From assembly GCA_033762295.1 (NCBI GenBank), contig JANRLW010000092.1, positions 1 through 18,788 of the forward strand: a DNA stretch of 18,788 nt. The letters run 5' to 3'. The notes under the pieces were generated by a model. The model was not told where the DNA came from. It saw only the letters and a list, made by a program, of their open reading frames with translations, and did no database searches. A program made the translations under genes and the position numbers. This document shows, in pieces, positions 1 through 10,342 of this stretch; the stretch's first letter is position 1, and each line of letters starts with the position of its first letter. This stretch comes from Capsulimonadales bacterium (GTDB lineage Bacteria; Armatimonadota; Armatimonadia; Armatimonadales; Armatimonadaceae).

Positions 1-188
1 GGTGCGCCGCCCCCGCTCCCCTTCATGCTCGTGGAATCCTGATACTGCTGCATTCGCCGTTTGAACTCGGCACGGTCCATTCCCTGCACGGGTTCCGGGG
101 TCATCGCCCGGTATCCGAAGTATCCCAGGACGGCGACCAGAGCGACCAGGGCCACGATAACGGCGATCGGCGAGATTTCTTTTTTCAT
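1..188 (-). CDS. Small single-TM membrane protein, partial (3' end outside window); not in the ORF track
   Basis: ATG at 188 overlaps the upstream stop (ATGA, 185-188). Manual translation MKKEISPIAVIVALVALVAVLGYFGYRAMTPEPVQGMDRAEFKRRMQQYQDSTSMKGAGGGA... is open to the window edge, with a basic N-terminus and a hydrophobic helix. Confidence 0.8.
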   Translation of the reverse strand, partial: MKKEISPIAVIVALVALVAVLGYFGYRAMTPEPVQGMDRAEFKRRMQQYQDSTSMKGSGGGA

Positions 189-1918
189 GATGTCGGCTCC
201 GAGATCGTATAGGTTTGCCCGGCGGCGAAGGGCCCGTAATCGCCCTCACGTCCGCCCGGCCAGAGAATATGCACCCGGTCGGCGGCGTTCGCCGACCCCA
301 ACCCGAACGTCAGCGTGCGTTCGCTTTCCGAAAGGAAGCTGCCGCCGCTTTTCAGATAGCGGGACTGTGTCATCCCGCCGGCAGTGACCGTCACGCGTGC
401 CCCGAGGGCATCCCGATTCCTTCCGGCTCCGACCAATTTCAGCCGGACGAAACGACCCGCGCCGGTCGTGTCATTGCGAAGGAGACGGAAACGGCCGGCG
501 TTGTCCACGAGAGCGATATCGAGAAGACCGTCCCCGTTGACATCGCCGTATGCCGCGCCACGCCCGACCAGGTCCTGCGCCAGCCCCGCTTCCGCCGTGA
601 CATTTTCAAACGGCGCCCGGCCCCGGTTCTGCAAGAGCAACGGCTGCTGACGGAAGGAGATATCCGAACGGTACATATTGGCGATATCATCGACATGTCC
701 GTTCGTCGCGAAGATATCGGCCCAGCCGTCGAGGTCGGCGTCGAAGAAGAACGTCGCGAAGGTGACGGACAGCAGACTGGGGGCGGCCACCCCGCGTTCC
801 GGGGCGTGATCGGTAAAGAGGATATCGCCGTCCTCCTGAACGAACAACGACAGCCCCTCGTTAACGAAATTTCCGATGACGATGGCCGGTTTACCGTCGT
901 TTCCGACATCGGCGATATCGACCCCCATCCCGGCCCGCGCACGCCCGTTCTCTCCGAAGGCGATCCCGCTCCGCACGCCCTGCTCGGAGAAACGCTCCCC
1001 TTTTTCGTTGACGAACAGGAAGTTGGCCCAGGTGTCGTTCGTCACCAGGATGTCGGGATATCCGTCCCGATTGAAATCGTCGATCCCGATCCCGAACGAC
1101 TTGCCGACGGCGGCATCGAACAGGCCGACCTCCCGGCTGACATCGGCGAACGTGCCGTCGCCATTGCTGCGGAACAGAGTACAGCGCGCGCCCTCGAAGT
1201 TGTCCGGCGGGCAGTAGCCGCGTACGCCGTTTTTGCCGCAGAACGGATCGAGAGTCGGGCTCCACTTGACGTACTGACAGACAAAAAGATCCAGGTCGCC
1301 GTCCCGGTCGTAGTCCAGCCACGCCGCGCCGGTGCTCCATTTCCATTGCAGCGGAACGCCCTCGGTCGGCGCCCCGACGACGCCCGCTTGGGCCGTTACG
1401 TCTCCGAACCGGAAATCTCCCTCGTTCCGATAAAGGCGATTCGGCCCGACCGCGGTCACGTACAGGTCCTGCCGTCCGTCGGCGTCGTAATCCGCGACCG
1501 CGACGCCCATGCCGTACAGCGGCTTCTCCAGACCGGACCCCTTCGTGCGATCGACGAACCCGCCCTTGCCATCGCCCCGATACACCCGACAGGTTCCGGA
1601 CGGAGTTTTCCGACCGGGCCAGTTCGTACCGTTGACGACCACCAGATCGAGATTCCCGTCGCCGTCGAAATCGGCGAACGCGCAACCGGACCCGACCGTT
1701 TCCGGCATCAGTTTCCGGCCGTACGCCCCGTTCACATGCCGGAAATCGATGCCGGCCTGCTTTGTGATATTGGTGAAGCGGATCTTCGCCGACGGCGGCG
1801 GAGACGGAGCCGGGGTGGAGGCGATCGACGCCGGTCGGCTACAGCCGGCCAGTCCCGTCGCCACGAGCGCCGCCCCGAGCGCAAGCCGCGCCCTCCGGTG
1901 TCGTCCGAGCGCACTCAT
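185..1918 (-). CDS. CRTAC1-family (FG-GAP/VCBS beta-propeller + ASPIC/UnbV) lipoprotein
   Basis: Lipobox LAGC and Pro-rich linker. Seven DxDxDG-like Ca-binding motifs (DFDGDG, DYDADG, DYDRDG, DFNRDG, DVGNDG, DADLDG, DVNGDG). C-terminal NRDALGARV...GGSFLSESERTLTFGLG is typical of ASPIC/UnbV. Confidence 0.9.
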   Translation of the reverse strand: MSALGRHRRARLALGAALVATGLAGCSRPASIASTPAPSPPPSAKIRFTNITKQAGIDFRHVNGAYGRKLMPETVGSGCAFADFDGDGNLDLVVVNGTNWPGRKTPSGTCRVYRGDGKGGFVDRTKGSGLEKPLYGMGVAVADYDADGRQDLYVTAVGPNRLYRNEGDFRFGDVTAQAGVVGAPTEGVPLQWKWSTGAAWLDYDRDGDLDLFVCQYVKWSPTLDPFCGKNGVRGYCPPDNFEGARCTLFRSNGDGTFADVSREVGLFDAAVGKSFGIGIDDFNRDGYPDILVTNDTWANFLFVNEKGERFSEQGVRSGIAFGENGRARAGMGVDIADVGNDGKPAIVIGNFVNEGLSLFVQEDGDILFTDHAPERGVAAPSLLSVTFATFFFDADLDGWADIFATNGHVDDIANMYRSDISFRQQPLLLQNRGRAPFENVTAEAGLAQDLVGRGAAYGDVNGDGLLDIALVDNAGRFRLLRNDTTGAGRFVRLKLVGAGRNRDALGARVTVTAGGMTQSRYLKSGGSFLSESERTLTFGLGSANAADRVHILWPGGREGDYGPFAAGQTYTISEPTS

Positions 1919-3873
1919 TTCTTCGCCTCGCGGACGGTCGGGGGCGGTTCGGAGAGGCTGGCGATCCGATCGACCCGGCGGAGTTTGCGGTAGATGCCGA
2001 TCAGTCTGCGGCGGACGGCGTCATCCTTCGGCGCGAGAACGAGCGTTTTTTCATACCACTGCGCGGCATCCTCCAGCGCGCCGATCTTCGCCATCAGGTC
2101 GGCGTAGGTTTTGGTGTCCGCCGCCGTCGCGCCGGGACGGTAGGCCCGCGTCCGCAACGTCTGCCGGTTCTGTTCGTAGGTCACATATTTGGCGTAGAGG
2201 CTGCGGAACTGTGCCGCGCTGCGGCTGTCCCCCAGGTTCTCATAGGCTTTGCTGAGTTCGAAGTAGGCGGGTCCGTGCCCCGGTTCGAGATCGATGGCGT
2301 GCTCCAGGTACTGCGCGGCCCGTCCGGGCTGTTTTGCAGCGGTATAGGCGGTTCCCAGATGTTCCCAGTGCGCGGCATCGTCGGGGGCGAGCGTGCGCGC
2401 CCGTTCCCAGACCTCGATCGCCTTCGCGAGTCGCCCTTCCATCGCGCGACGGTCGTAATAGAGCGAACCGAGTTCGGTCAGCGCGCCGACGTTTTTCGGA
2501 TCGAGAGCGATCGCCTCCTCCAGAGCCTTCTCGGCCTGGTCGCGCATGCCGCGCGTTCGATAGGCGATTCCGAGCGAGTAAAGCACGGACGACCGACGTT
2601 CCGGCGGCGCGGTCTTCGCCACCTCCTCCAGCAATCGGGTCCGATCCTCGTGCCGGTCGGCCTGACGGTAGGCGGACGCCATCAGGATTTTGTCCTCCGG
2701 GGAGCCGCCCGCCGTCACCTGTTTCATCGTCGCCAGATAAGGCTCGCGCTGCCGCATTCCGCGATACGCCTCGGCCATCGCCTGCAGTCCCAGCCGTCGG
2801 GTCACCGGGTCCTTCGATGCGGCGGCGATCTTCGCGTGACGGAGCGCTTCCGGGAAATTCGCAGTGAACCCGGCGGCTACCGCCCGCCAGTAGGCCGCCC
2901 GCTCCTTCTCTCCGATCCTGGCCAGGGAGAGCGAAGCCATGACGGCGGTTCTGCCGGTTGGGGCGCGGGTCGCCAGTCCGACAAACGCGACGGCGGCCCT
3001 CCGGAAATCTTTTCGCTCGGCATAGGCGTTACCGATACGTTCATAGATGTCGACCGCGCGGGGATTCAGGTCGACCGCCCGTTTCCAGGCTTTCAACGCC
3101 TCCTCCCCATCCCCGAGCGCATCAAGTACGTTCCCGTAGAGGTAGAGCGCTCCGGTATCGTTCGGCTCGACTTTGAGCACCGCTTCCAGGTGAGTCCGGG
3201 CGGTGGCATAATCCTTCGCCGCCAGCGCGCCCCGGGCGGCGATGCTGCGGGAGATCGGGTCGTCCGCCCGCGATAACTGCTTCTCGGCGAGGGTGCGGGC
3301 GGTTGTCGGGTCGCCGCACTCCAGCAGGGCGAGGCCGATCCGGTTCGAATCGGCGGCGGTCAGATCCGTGTGGGCGGTCACGAAGTTTCGCAGGACGTCG
3401 GCGGCCAGGTCCGACCGCTCCTGATTCACGTAGAGTCCCGCCAGATTGGCGGCGGCGGTCGCCGAGTCCGGATTGAGTTCGCGCGCCTTTTGCAGTTCGG
3501 GGAGCGCCTCCTCGTCCCGGGCGAGCTGGGTAAGCGCCCGCCCGAGCGGACCGCATACCTCGGCGTCCGGCGCGCCGAGCGCGCGGGCCGCCTGCAGGTA
3601 TTTCACGGCGGAGGTAAAAAACCCGGTGCGTTCGTCCAGGATGCCGAGGCGCAGATAGGCTTCGGTGTCGGAGACATCCGTCCGGATGCGCTTTTGCCAG
3701 TAAGCGCGCCGGGTTTCCGGCGGTGCGGATTCCGGCGGCGCGGGCGGACGTCGTCCCTGCCACCAGACCGCGAACAGGACCACGGAGCAGGCGAGAAGGA
3801 CGCCTACGAGAATTCGCAGGCGTCCCTGGTTCGCGGGAGGGGCCGACGCCGGTTTAGTTGGCGCGGATTCCAT
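1915..3873 (-). CDS. Membrane-anchored tetratricopeptide-repeat protein
   Basis: N-terminal TM ([20 protein letters not shown]) followed by many TPR units (e.g. [60 protein letters not shown]). ATG 3873 chosen to minimise overlap (3891 and 3936 are alternatives). ATGA coupling to the CRTAC1 gene. Confidence 0.85.
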   Translation of the reverse strand: MESAPTKPASAPPANQGRLRILVGVLLACSVVLFAVWWQGRRPPAPPESAPPETRRAYWQKRIRTDVSDTEAYLRLGILDERTGFFTSAVKYLQAARALGAPDAEVCGPLGRALTQLARDEEALPELQKARELNPDSATAAANLAGLYVNQERSDLAADVLRNFVTAHTDLTAADSNRIGLALLECGDPTTARTLAEKQLSRADDPISRSIAARGALAAKDYATARTHLEAVLKVEPNDTGALYLYGNVLDALGDGEEALKAWKRAVDLNPRAVDIYERIGNAYAERKDFRRAAVAFVGLATRAPTGRTAVMASLSLARIGEKERAAYWRAVAAGFTANFPEALRHAKIAAASKDPVTRRLGLQAMAEAYRGMRQREPYLATMKQVTAGGSPEDKILMASAYRQADRHEDRTRLLEEVAKTAPPERRSSVLYSLGIAYRTRGMRDQAEKALEEAIALDPKNVGALTELGSLYYDRRAMEGRLAKAIEVWERARTLAPDDAAHWEHLGTAYTAAKQPGRAAQYLEHAIDLEPGHGPAYFELSKAYENLGDSRSAAQFRSLYAKYVTYEQNRQTLRTRAYRPGATAADTKTYADLMAKIGALEDAAQWYEKTLVLAPKDDAVRRRLIGIYRKLRRVDRIASLSEPPPTVREAKK

Positions 3874-4786
3874 TTTGACCGAAGATGTCATATTCGCCGC
3901 CCCAGTCGTCGGCGGTATCGGCGGAACCGTCCGCATGGCGGGCGATCCGGGTGACGCCCGGTCGGATCCAGTACTGGCTCAGGCGGATCGCCTTGGCATG
4001 ACCGTCAAAGAAGACGACATTACACATGCCGTTGTGGCGCGGCACCGGGACCAGAGTGGGTTCGGTCGTGCTCTCCCAGGAGAGGCGGTTCGGGTTGAAG
4101 AACATCGCGCCGTTGGTCATCTTCTGGAAAGCCGAATAGTCATCCGGGTTGTTCAGGAACGCCTGGCGTCCGGCATTGGAGCCGTCCCATGCCCCCCAGC
4201 TGCCGCCGCCGTTGAAGATCGCGGCGGAGTCGGCGAAGTGGACCATCTCGGCGGGCTTGTTGATCGCCGCGTAGGCGACCGGTTCCCCGTTGATCGTCCC
4301 CGGAGCCTGATCGCCGGAGTCTCCGCCCCAGGTGGCCATCATGTCGTTGATCGCCAGAGAGGTTCCTTTGGTCGTGTTCTCCGGGTTGATCGCCCAGAAC
4401 GGACCATCGGCGGAGGGCATGTCGGGACAGCCGACGATACCGAAGTTCTTGACATACGGCTGGATCAGGTAGGGCCAGAACTGCCGCCATTCCCGCTTAC
4501 CCGTATAGTTCCACTGGTTATTGGCGTCGGTATGGACGCCGACCGTCGCCTCGGTCCCCCAGATACGGGTCGGGATGACGGTCTCGTCATAGTCCTGAAC
4601 GTACATCAGAGCGCCGAGGCCGACCTGCTTCAGGTTGGACAGACAGGTGATCGCACGGGCTTTGGCGCGCGCCTGCGCAAAGACGGGGAACAGAATGGCC
4701 GCCAGAATGGCGATAATGGCGATGACGACGAGGAGTTCGATCAGCGTAAAGCCGGAGCTTTTCCGCGGAGACAGGTTTCGGGTCAT
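3854..4786 (-). CDS. Prepilin-type N-terminal cleavage/methylation protein with H-X9-DG motif (DUF1559-like), copy C
   Basis: [46 protein letters not shown], and [21 protein letters not shown] upstream. Confidence 0.92.
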   Translation of the reverse strand: MTRNLSPRKSSGFTLIELLVVIAIIAILAAILFPVFAQARAKARAITCLSNLKQVGLGALMYVQDYDETVIPTRIWGTEATVGVHTDANNQWNYTGKREWRQFWPYLIQPYVKNFGIVGCPDMPSADGPFWAINPENTTKGTSLAINDMMATWGGDSGDQAPGTINGEPVAYAAINKPAEMVHFADSAAIFNGGGSWGAWDGSNAGRQAFLNNPDDYSAFQKMTNGAMFFNPNRLSWESTTEPTLVPVPRHNGMCNVVFFDGHAKAIRLSQYWIRPGVTRIARHADGSADTADDWGGEYDIFGQNGIRAN

Positions 4787-5105
4787 TCCCAGTTTCCTCT
4801 CTTAACATGGAAGATTGTGTGGGCAACCTTGCCAACACCGTCCGAACAAAGATAAGTACGATTGACGATCACGCAACGATGTATATCGGTGTATATCGAG
4901 GCGCGCACCGTGCCGCATGCGGCCGGCGTCGAAGGTCTCGGAGCGGGAGATACCGGGGAGGCTACCGGGCGGGGATAACGACGGCGGACCTTCGAACGTC
5001 AGCCATTCGCGTTCGAAATCGTTTACCATCCTGGTAAGGCATCCGAGCGGCAACGCCCGATGACGAAACCTTCATTAGAGACGGAGCGAACGGTTGGTCG
5101 ACAAG

Positions 5106-5125
5106 TGGTTAACGCCGGTTAACCA
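5106..5125. promoter_or_regulatory. Palindrome TGGTTAAC-GCCG-GTTAACCA, candidate TF site
   Basis: Perfect 8-bp inverted arms in the intergenic region upstream of cassette C. Confidence 0.45.
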
Positions 5126-5158
5126 AACGCCTCCGTCAGGCGCGATAAGACGAAAAAC

Positions 5159-5248
5159 GGTACCAATAATCCGCGAATATCCGTCTTTACGCCCGTTTTT
5201 ATTCTATTTACTGGTACCAATTGGTCATGTCAATACCAATTTTGTCAA
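5159..5248 (-). promoter_or_regulatory. AT-rich promoter/operator region with nested TGGT/ACCA palindromes
   Basis: AATTGGT-N9-ACCAATT (5219-5241), TGGTACCA (5212-5219), and TACCAAT x3 (5161, 5215, 5234). Two TTGACA and one TAGAAT on the minus strand, but without canonical spacing between them. Confidence 0.55.
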
Positions 5249-5331
5249 ACCAAACCAAGTCGGTTCGGAAATCAAAAACCTTTTCGCCCCTCACTTCGGA
5301 CGGCGATTCGGCCCCACAGGTTCGGCACACC

Positions 5332-5375
5332 GCCTGCCATGCCGGATAAGTGGCCCGTTATCCCGGATGGCAGGC
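5332..5375 (-). terminator. Stem-loop downstream of mdh (possible terminator or 3' stabiliser; no U-tract)
   Basis: GCCTGCCAT...GGATAA / TTATCC...ATGGCAGGC inverted repeat ~20 bp after the mdh stop. Confidence 0.45.
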
Positions 5376-5393
5376 AATGCGACCCGCAGGCGA

Positions 5394-6686
<1,293 letters not shown>

Positions 6687-6690
<4 letters not shown>

Positions 6691-7010
6691 TCGCCGCCGA
6701 ACGGGTCCGCGTCGACCGGAACATAGTGCACGCCCCGGCGCGGTTCGGCCATCAGATCCGCGGCCGCGTCCCGGAACGCCAGGTAGTGCGGCGTCTGCTG
6801 GTGCGCGGTGAAATCCTCACGCACCCGGTACACTTCGAACAGGAAATACTCCTCCGGTTCCCCTTCCATCGGGGAGTTCGCCCCCTTCAGAACATCGAAA
6901 CGGATATTCCCCGGTTCCTTCCGGGTCGCTTCACGGTTCCGACGGACGATCTCCTCGAATGCCGCGCCCTGTCCGGGCTTCACCTTCACGGTCACACAGA
7001 CGATATGCAT
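6687..7010 (-). CDS. ABM-family / LsrG-like putative quinol monooxygenase or isomerase
   Basis: KEPGNIRFDVL...FLFEVY...AHQQTPHY...LMAEPR pattern of the LsrG/YgiN ABM family. Confidence 0.85.
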
Positions 7011-7017
7011 AACGACT

Positions 7018-8100
7018 TCACCCCTCCGCGGGTTCGCAGGTCGTCATCGTTCGGATACGCATTCCTTCCCGGGCCGTCTCCAGATGAAGGACCCGCTGCG
7101 GGAACGGAATCTCGATCCCCTCCTCCCGATAACGCACCAGCAACCGCTTGATAAATTCATGCCGCACCGGGTACTGATTGGTAAACTCCCGGATACGGAG
7201 GATCACATTGAACAGGATAGCCGAATCGCCGAAGGTATGGAAGCGAACGAGCGGTTGAAAATCGGAGACGCCTCCCTCCACCTCCTGCAGAATGGCATGA
7301 GCGACCTCGATCGTCACCCGCTCGACGTGCTCCGGGTCGCTGTCGTAGGCAACGCTCGCCGGGATGATGAGCGCCATCTCGGTGGCCGGCTGATGATAGT
7401 TGGTAACGATCGCCGTCGCCAGTTTCGAGTTGGGCACGACGACCGTAAACGCGCCGAGGGTCTCGATTGTCGTGTTCCGCCAGGCGATATCGCGCACGTA
7501 GCCCTCCTCGCCCGTCCCCAGTTTGATATAGTCGCCCGGCTGGAACTGTCGGGAAACGATAATCTGGAAGCCGGAGAAGAGGTTGGACAGCGTATCCTGC
7601 AGCGCCAGTGCGACCGCCAGACCGCCGACTCCGAGCGCGGTCAGAATCGGCGTGATCGAAATGCCCACCGACTGCAGAACGATCAGGATACCCAGCGCCA
7701 TCACGATCATCCGCACCAGGTTGCCGAAGATCGATGTGGACGGGAGGACGCCCGGAAACCGGACGGCATAGAACCCGAACAGGCCGACGGCAAGGCGGGA
7801 CAGTACCAGGGTGACGGATAACGCCGTGATGACGAACAGCGTGTCGCTGATCGATTTGCTGACGCGGGCGGTCAGGGTGACCGGCAGATTGAAGGTGGCG
7901 ATATACGCGCCCAGAGCGCACATCCAGACCACGACCGCGTTGCCGAGGGAGTTGAGAAACAGGTTATCCAGTTGCCACGTGCTTTTCGACGCCCACCGTT
8001 TCAACTGTTTCAGGACCAGCCCGTTGATGAGAAGTCCCGCCAGAGTAAATCCCAGCCAGATCACCAGCGGCACGATCCAGCCAATCACTGATTTTGACAT
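7018..8100 (-). CDS. mscS: Small-conductance mechanosensitive channel family protein
   Basis: Several N-terminal TMs, TM3 LGVGGLAVALALQDTLSNLFSG, GDYI...EGYVRDIAWRNT, VPNSKL, and C-terminal GIEIPFPQR. Confidence 0.92.
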   Translation of the reverse strand: MSKSVIGWIVPLVIWLGFTLAGLLINGLVLKQLKRWASKSTWQLDNLFLNSLGNAVVVWMCALGAYIATFNLPVTLTARVSKSISDTLFVITALSVTLVLSRLAVGLFGFYAVRFPGVLPSTSIFGNLVRMIVMALGILIVLQSVGISITPILTALGVGGLAVALALQDTLSNLFSGFQIIVSRQFQPGDYIKLGTGEEGYVRDIAWRNTTIETLGAFTVVVPNSKLATAIVTNYHQPATEMALIIPASVAYDSDPEHVERVTIEVAHAILQEVEGGVSDFQPLVRFHTFGDSAILFNVILRIREFTNQYPVRHEFIKRLLVRYREEGIEIPFPQRVLHLETAREGMRIRTMTTCEPAEG

Positions 8101-8189
8101 CCTTACCCTCCGGTTCAGGATACCCGATGGATATCCTCATCCGAACAGGCAGGCAGACATATCCCGGTCGCCCTCACGCCCTTACTCGT

Positions 8190-9893
8190 TTACCCCGGCC
8201 GGAGAACCGTTTTCCAGCGGACCCGTTCGGCCTCGCCATGCCGGATCAGCTCCGATTCGAGCGGCAAGGGACTACCTTTCCCCGTTCCCTGCGTTTCCGG
8301 CAGGACAATCCGGAGGATCGCGGTGAAGGTCGTCGCCCCCTGCTCCGTGTGGCAGACGCGAACCGACGGGTCGTCCGTCACGTCATCCGTCGGCCGTTCG
8401 AGCGGAAAACGCAGAGTGACCTGCTTTCCCGCCCAGCGGATCTCCCACCGTGTCCGCTCGGCGGACGGCATCTTGCCGTCCGGATACGATTTCGTGTCCG
8501 CCCAGTCGGCGAAATGCACCCCCAGATAGAGGGTCTTTGCCGTGCGGCAGGCGTAGAGATCCCCGAACGGCGACGGCGTAACGGGCGGAAGATAGGCGGC
8601 CCGTACGTCCCAGTACCGCAGTCCCTCCTCGACACGGGGGGGAGCGACCGCCATCCGCGAGCGGTCGCTCCGACGGCTCGCCGAACCGATCGACCGCTCG
8701 CGCAGGCCCGGAATGCGCCGCTGGACCTCGCTCATAACGGCGGTCAGTCGTTCGTAGGGACGATCGGCGATGTCGACCAGACCCATGTTGTAGTCCTCGC
8801 CATCCTTGCGCCCGAGCGTCGGTTCGTCCGTATACTGAAACCAGTGCGCTCCCACCACGTACGGCAGGGAGGCCAGTTCCGTCAGGTTGCGCCGGACGCT
8901 CTCCGCTCGCTCCTTCTGCGTTGCCACCGTCGGAAAGCCGCCCGAGGAGTTTTTGTTGCCGCTCCGGTTCTCCATCGCGGCGAAGTAGTACTCCGAGATC
9001 AGAACAGGGCGTCCGGTGAGACGATGCAGCCGTTCCAGGAAAAACCGGGAGATTGCGCCGTTTTTCCAGGTCGCCCCCATATTGGTCGAGATGACATCGA
9101 CATAGGGCCCGGCGGCACGCGCGACGGCGGCCGGATACCACTGTGCGTAACGGTCTCCCAGAATCAGATGGTTCCGGTCGTAACGCCGGATCGCCGCCTG
9201 CGCCAGACGGTAGTAACGCCGCGCGAGTTGTTCCGTAAAGGCGTCCATCACCGCCGCGCTTCTGCCCCCGTCCGCGGCGGGCACCCGGATCACCTGCGCC
9301 AGATCGTCGAAACGGCGGACCGCTCCCGTATCGAAGTCGCGGCGAAGACGATCGAAATCATTCGCGTAGTGTTTCCGCAACAGGTCGATCAGGGTACGCC
9401 GGGTCGCGCTCCGTTCGGGCTGCTGCAGCGTAAAAATGAAATGCGTCTCGTCCCACCAGCCGAGTTCGTTGTCCGAGAACCAGCCGAGCAGATCGGGATC
9501 GTTCGCCAGCGGACGAACCTGCGCCCGGGCGGCGTCATCGAACGCCCGCTCCGCGGTCGGCGCGAACAGATCCCCCCAGATGCCGCCTTCCACATAGGTG
9601 CCCAGATGGAGCACGACCGTGTACGGCAAACCCCGATGACGGACCTTCTCCGACGACCATCCGCCGATCGTATTGAAGTTCCACGCACGCAGTCGGCCCG
9701 CGGCGGCCTCAGCCCACTCCCGATCGTTCCGGTAATGACGGAAGGAGGCATACTCCGGCGCTTCCGGACGGTAGGTACCGGCGGTTGCCCCCTCAGTGAC
9801 ACAGCAGACTCCGGCGGAGAAGAAGGGCTTCCCCGCCGGAGTCCGGAACTGCCAGCGTCCGGCACGCTGCTCGACTCGATAGAAAACAGCCAT
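8190..9893 (-). CDS. Clan GH-A glycoside hydrolase, GH50 beta-agarase-like, with extra C-terminal domain
   Basis: GRWQFRTPAGKPFFSAGV, WNFNTIGGWS, LLGWFSDNEL (acid/base), NHLILGDRY, PVLISEYYF (nucleophile), and VVGAHWFQYTDEP..GR.DGEDYNMGLV. Confidence 0.75.
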   Translation of the reverse strand: MAVFYRVEQRAGRWQFRTPAGKPFFSAGVCCVTEGATAGTYRPEAPEYASFRHYRNDREWAEAAAGRLRAWNFNTIGGWSSEKVRHRGLPYTVVLHLGTYVEGGIWGDLFAPTAERAFDDAARAQVRPLANDPDLLGWFSDNELGWWDETHFIFTLQQPERSATRRTLIDLLRKHYANDFDRLRRDFDTGAVRRFDDLAQVIRVPAADGGRSAAVMDAFTEQLARRYYRLAQAAIRRYDRNHLILGDRYAQWYPAAVARAAGPYVDVISTNMGATWKNGAISRFFLERLHRLTGRPVLISEYYFAAMENRSGNKNSSGGFPTVATQKERAESVRRNLTELASLPYVVGAHWFQYTDEPTLGRKDGEDYNMGLVDIADRPYERLTAVMSEVQRRIPGLRERSIGSASRRSDRSRMAVAPPRVEEGLRYWDVRAAYLPPVTPSPFGDLYACRTAKTLYLGVHFADWADTKSYPDGKMPSAERTRWEIRWAGKQVTLRFPLERPTDDVTDDPSVRVCHTEQGATTFTAILRIVLPETQGTGKGSPLPLESELIRHGEAERVRWKTVLRPG

Positions 9894-9902
9894 TTGAGGT
9901 TC

Positions 9903-10310
9903 CTAGGGACGACCCGCGCCGCCGACACCCGGTCCGCCGGGTTGCGGTCCGCCGGGCATCCCCGGTCCGCCGGGTTGCGGTCCGCCGGGCATCCCTGGTC
10001 CGCCGGGTTGTGGTCCGCCGGGTTGCGGTCCGCCGGCCGGCCGACGCAGTTTCCCCGCTTTCGCCAGCAGGATCATGCGGGCGTCACTCTCCTTGCCGTG
10101 CGCAATCTCCTTGATGAGGTACGCTTTGTCCGTCTCCGACAGCTTTTCCCAGTCGCCTCCGGAATCCCGGGCGATCGTATCCAGACGCTGTGCCTGGGCT
10201 TTCTCCGAGGCGGGGACGCCGTCGTCCGGCTGGCAGCCGACCAGAGGCAGCGTCCACACGACGGCGCAGACCAGGGTTCGCAGGAAGCGATCATACGGTG
10301 TTCGTCCCAC
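9903..10310 (-). CDS. Small lipoprotein with Gly/Pro-rich repeat tail
   Basis: GTG start after AGGAGGG SD. Signal ends in LVG|C, followed by a short helical domain and a (GGPQP/GGPGMP)n tail. Confidence 0.8.
   Translation of the reverse strand: MGRTPYDRFLRTLVCAVVWTLPLVGCQPDDGVPASEKAQAQRLDTIARDSGGDWEKLSETDKAYLIKEIAHGKESDARMILLAKAGKLRRPAGGPQPGGPQPGGPGMPGGPQPGGPGMPGGPQPGGPGVGGAGRP
9928..10036. repeat. Coding tandem repeat (two identical 33-bp units; seven GGTCCGCCGG cores)
   Basis: 9928-9960 is identical to 9961-9993. Cores recur at 15/18-bp spacing and encode seven GGP units. Confidence 0.95.
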
Positions 10311-10342
10311 TCTTTCCCTCCTTCGGTTCGAATCGTACGCCC

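Noticed and set aside
1880..1918. Tat signal in the CRTAC1 protein (RHRRARL)
   Set aside because: It lacks the S/T-RR-x-FL consensus; only the lipobox is supportable.
215..1993. 592-aa plus-strand ORF
   Set aside because: Antisense shadow of the CRTAC1 gene, typical of high-GC codon usage, with no recognisable motifs.
4802..5053. 83-aa minus-strand ORF in the intergenic region
   Set aside because: TTG start, no clear SD and no motif; it cannot be supported, though a small peptide is not excluded.
5056..5070. Hammerhead-like CCGATGA-CGAAAC
   Set aside because: The core is not CTGATGA and there is no stem II between the elements.
9928..10036. Possible CRISPR array
   Set aside because: No unique spacers; it is an in-frame coding tandem repeat, and no cas genes are present.
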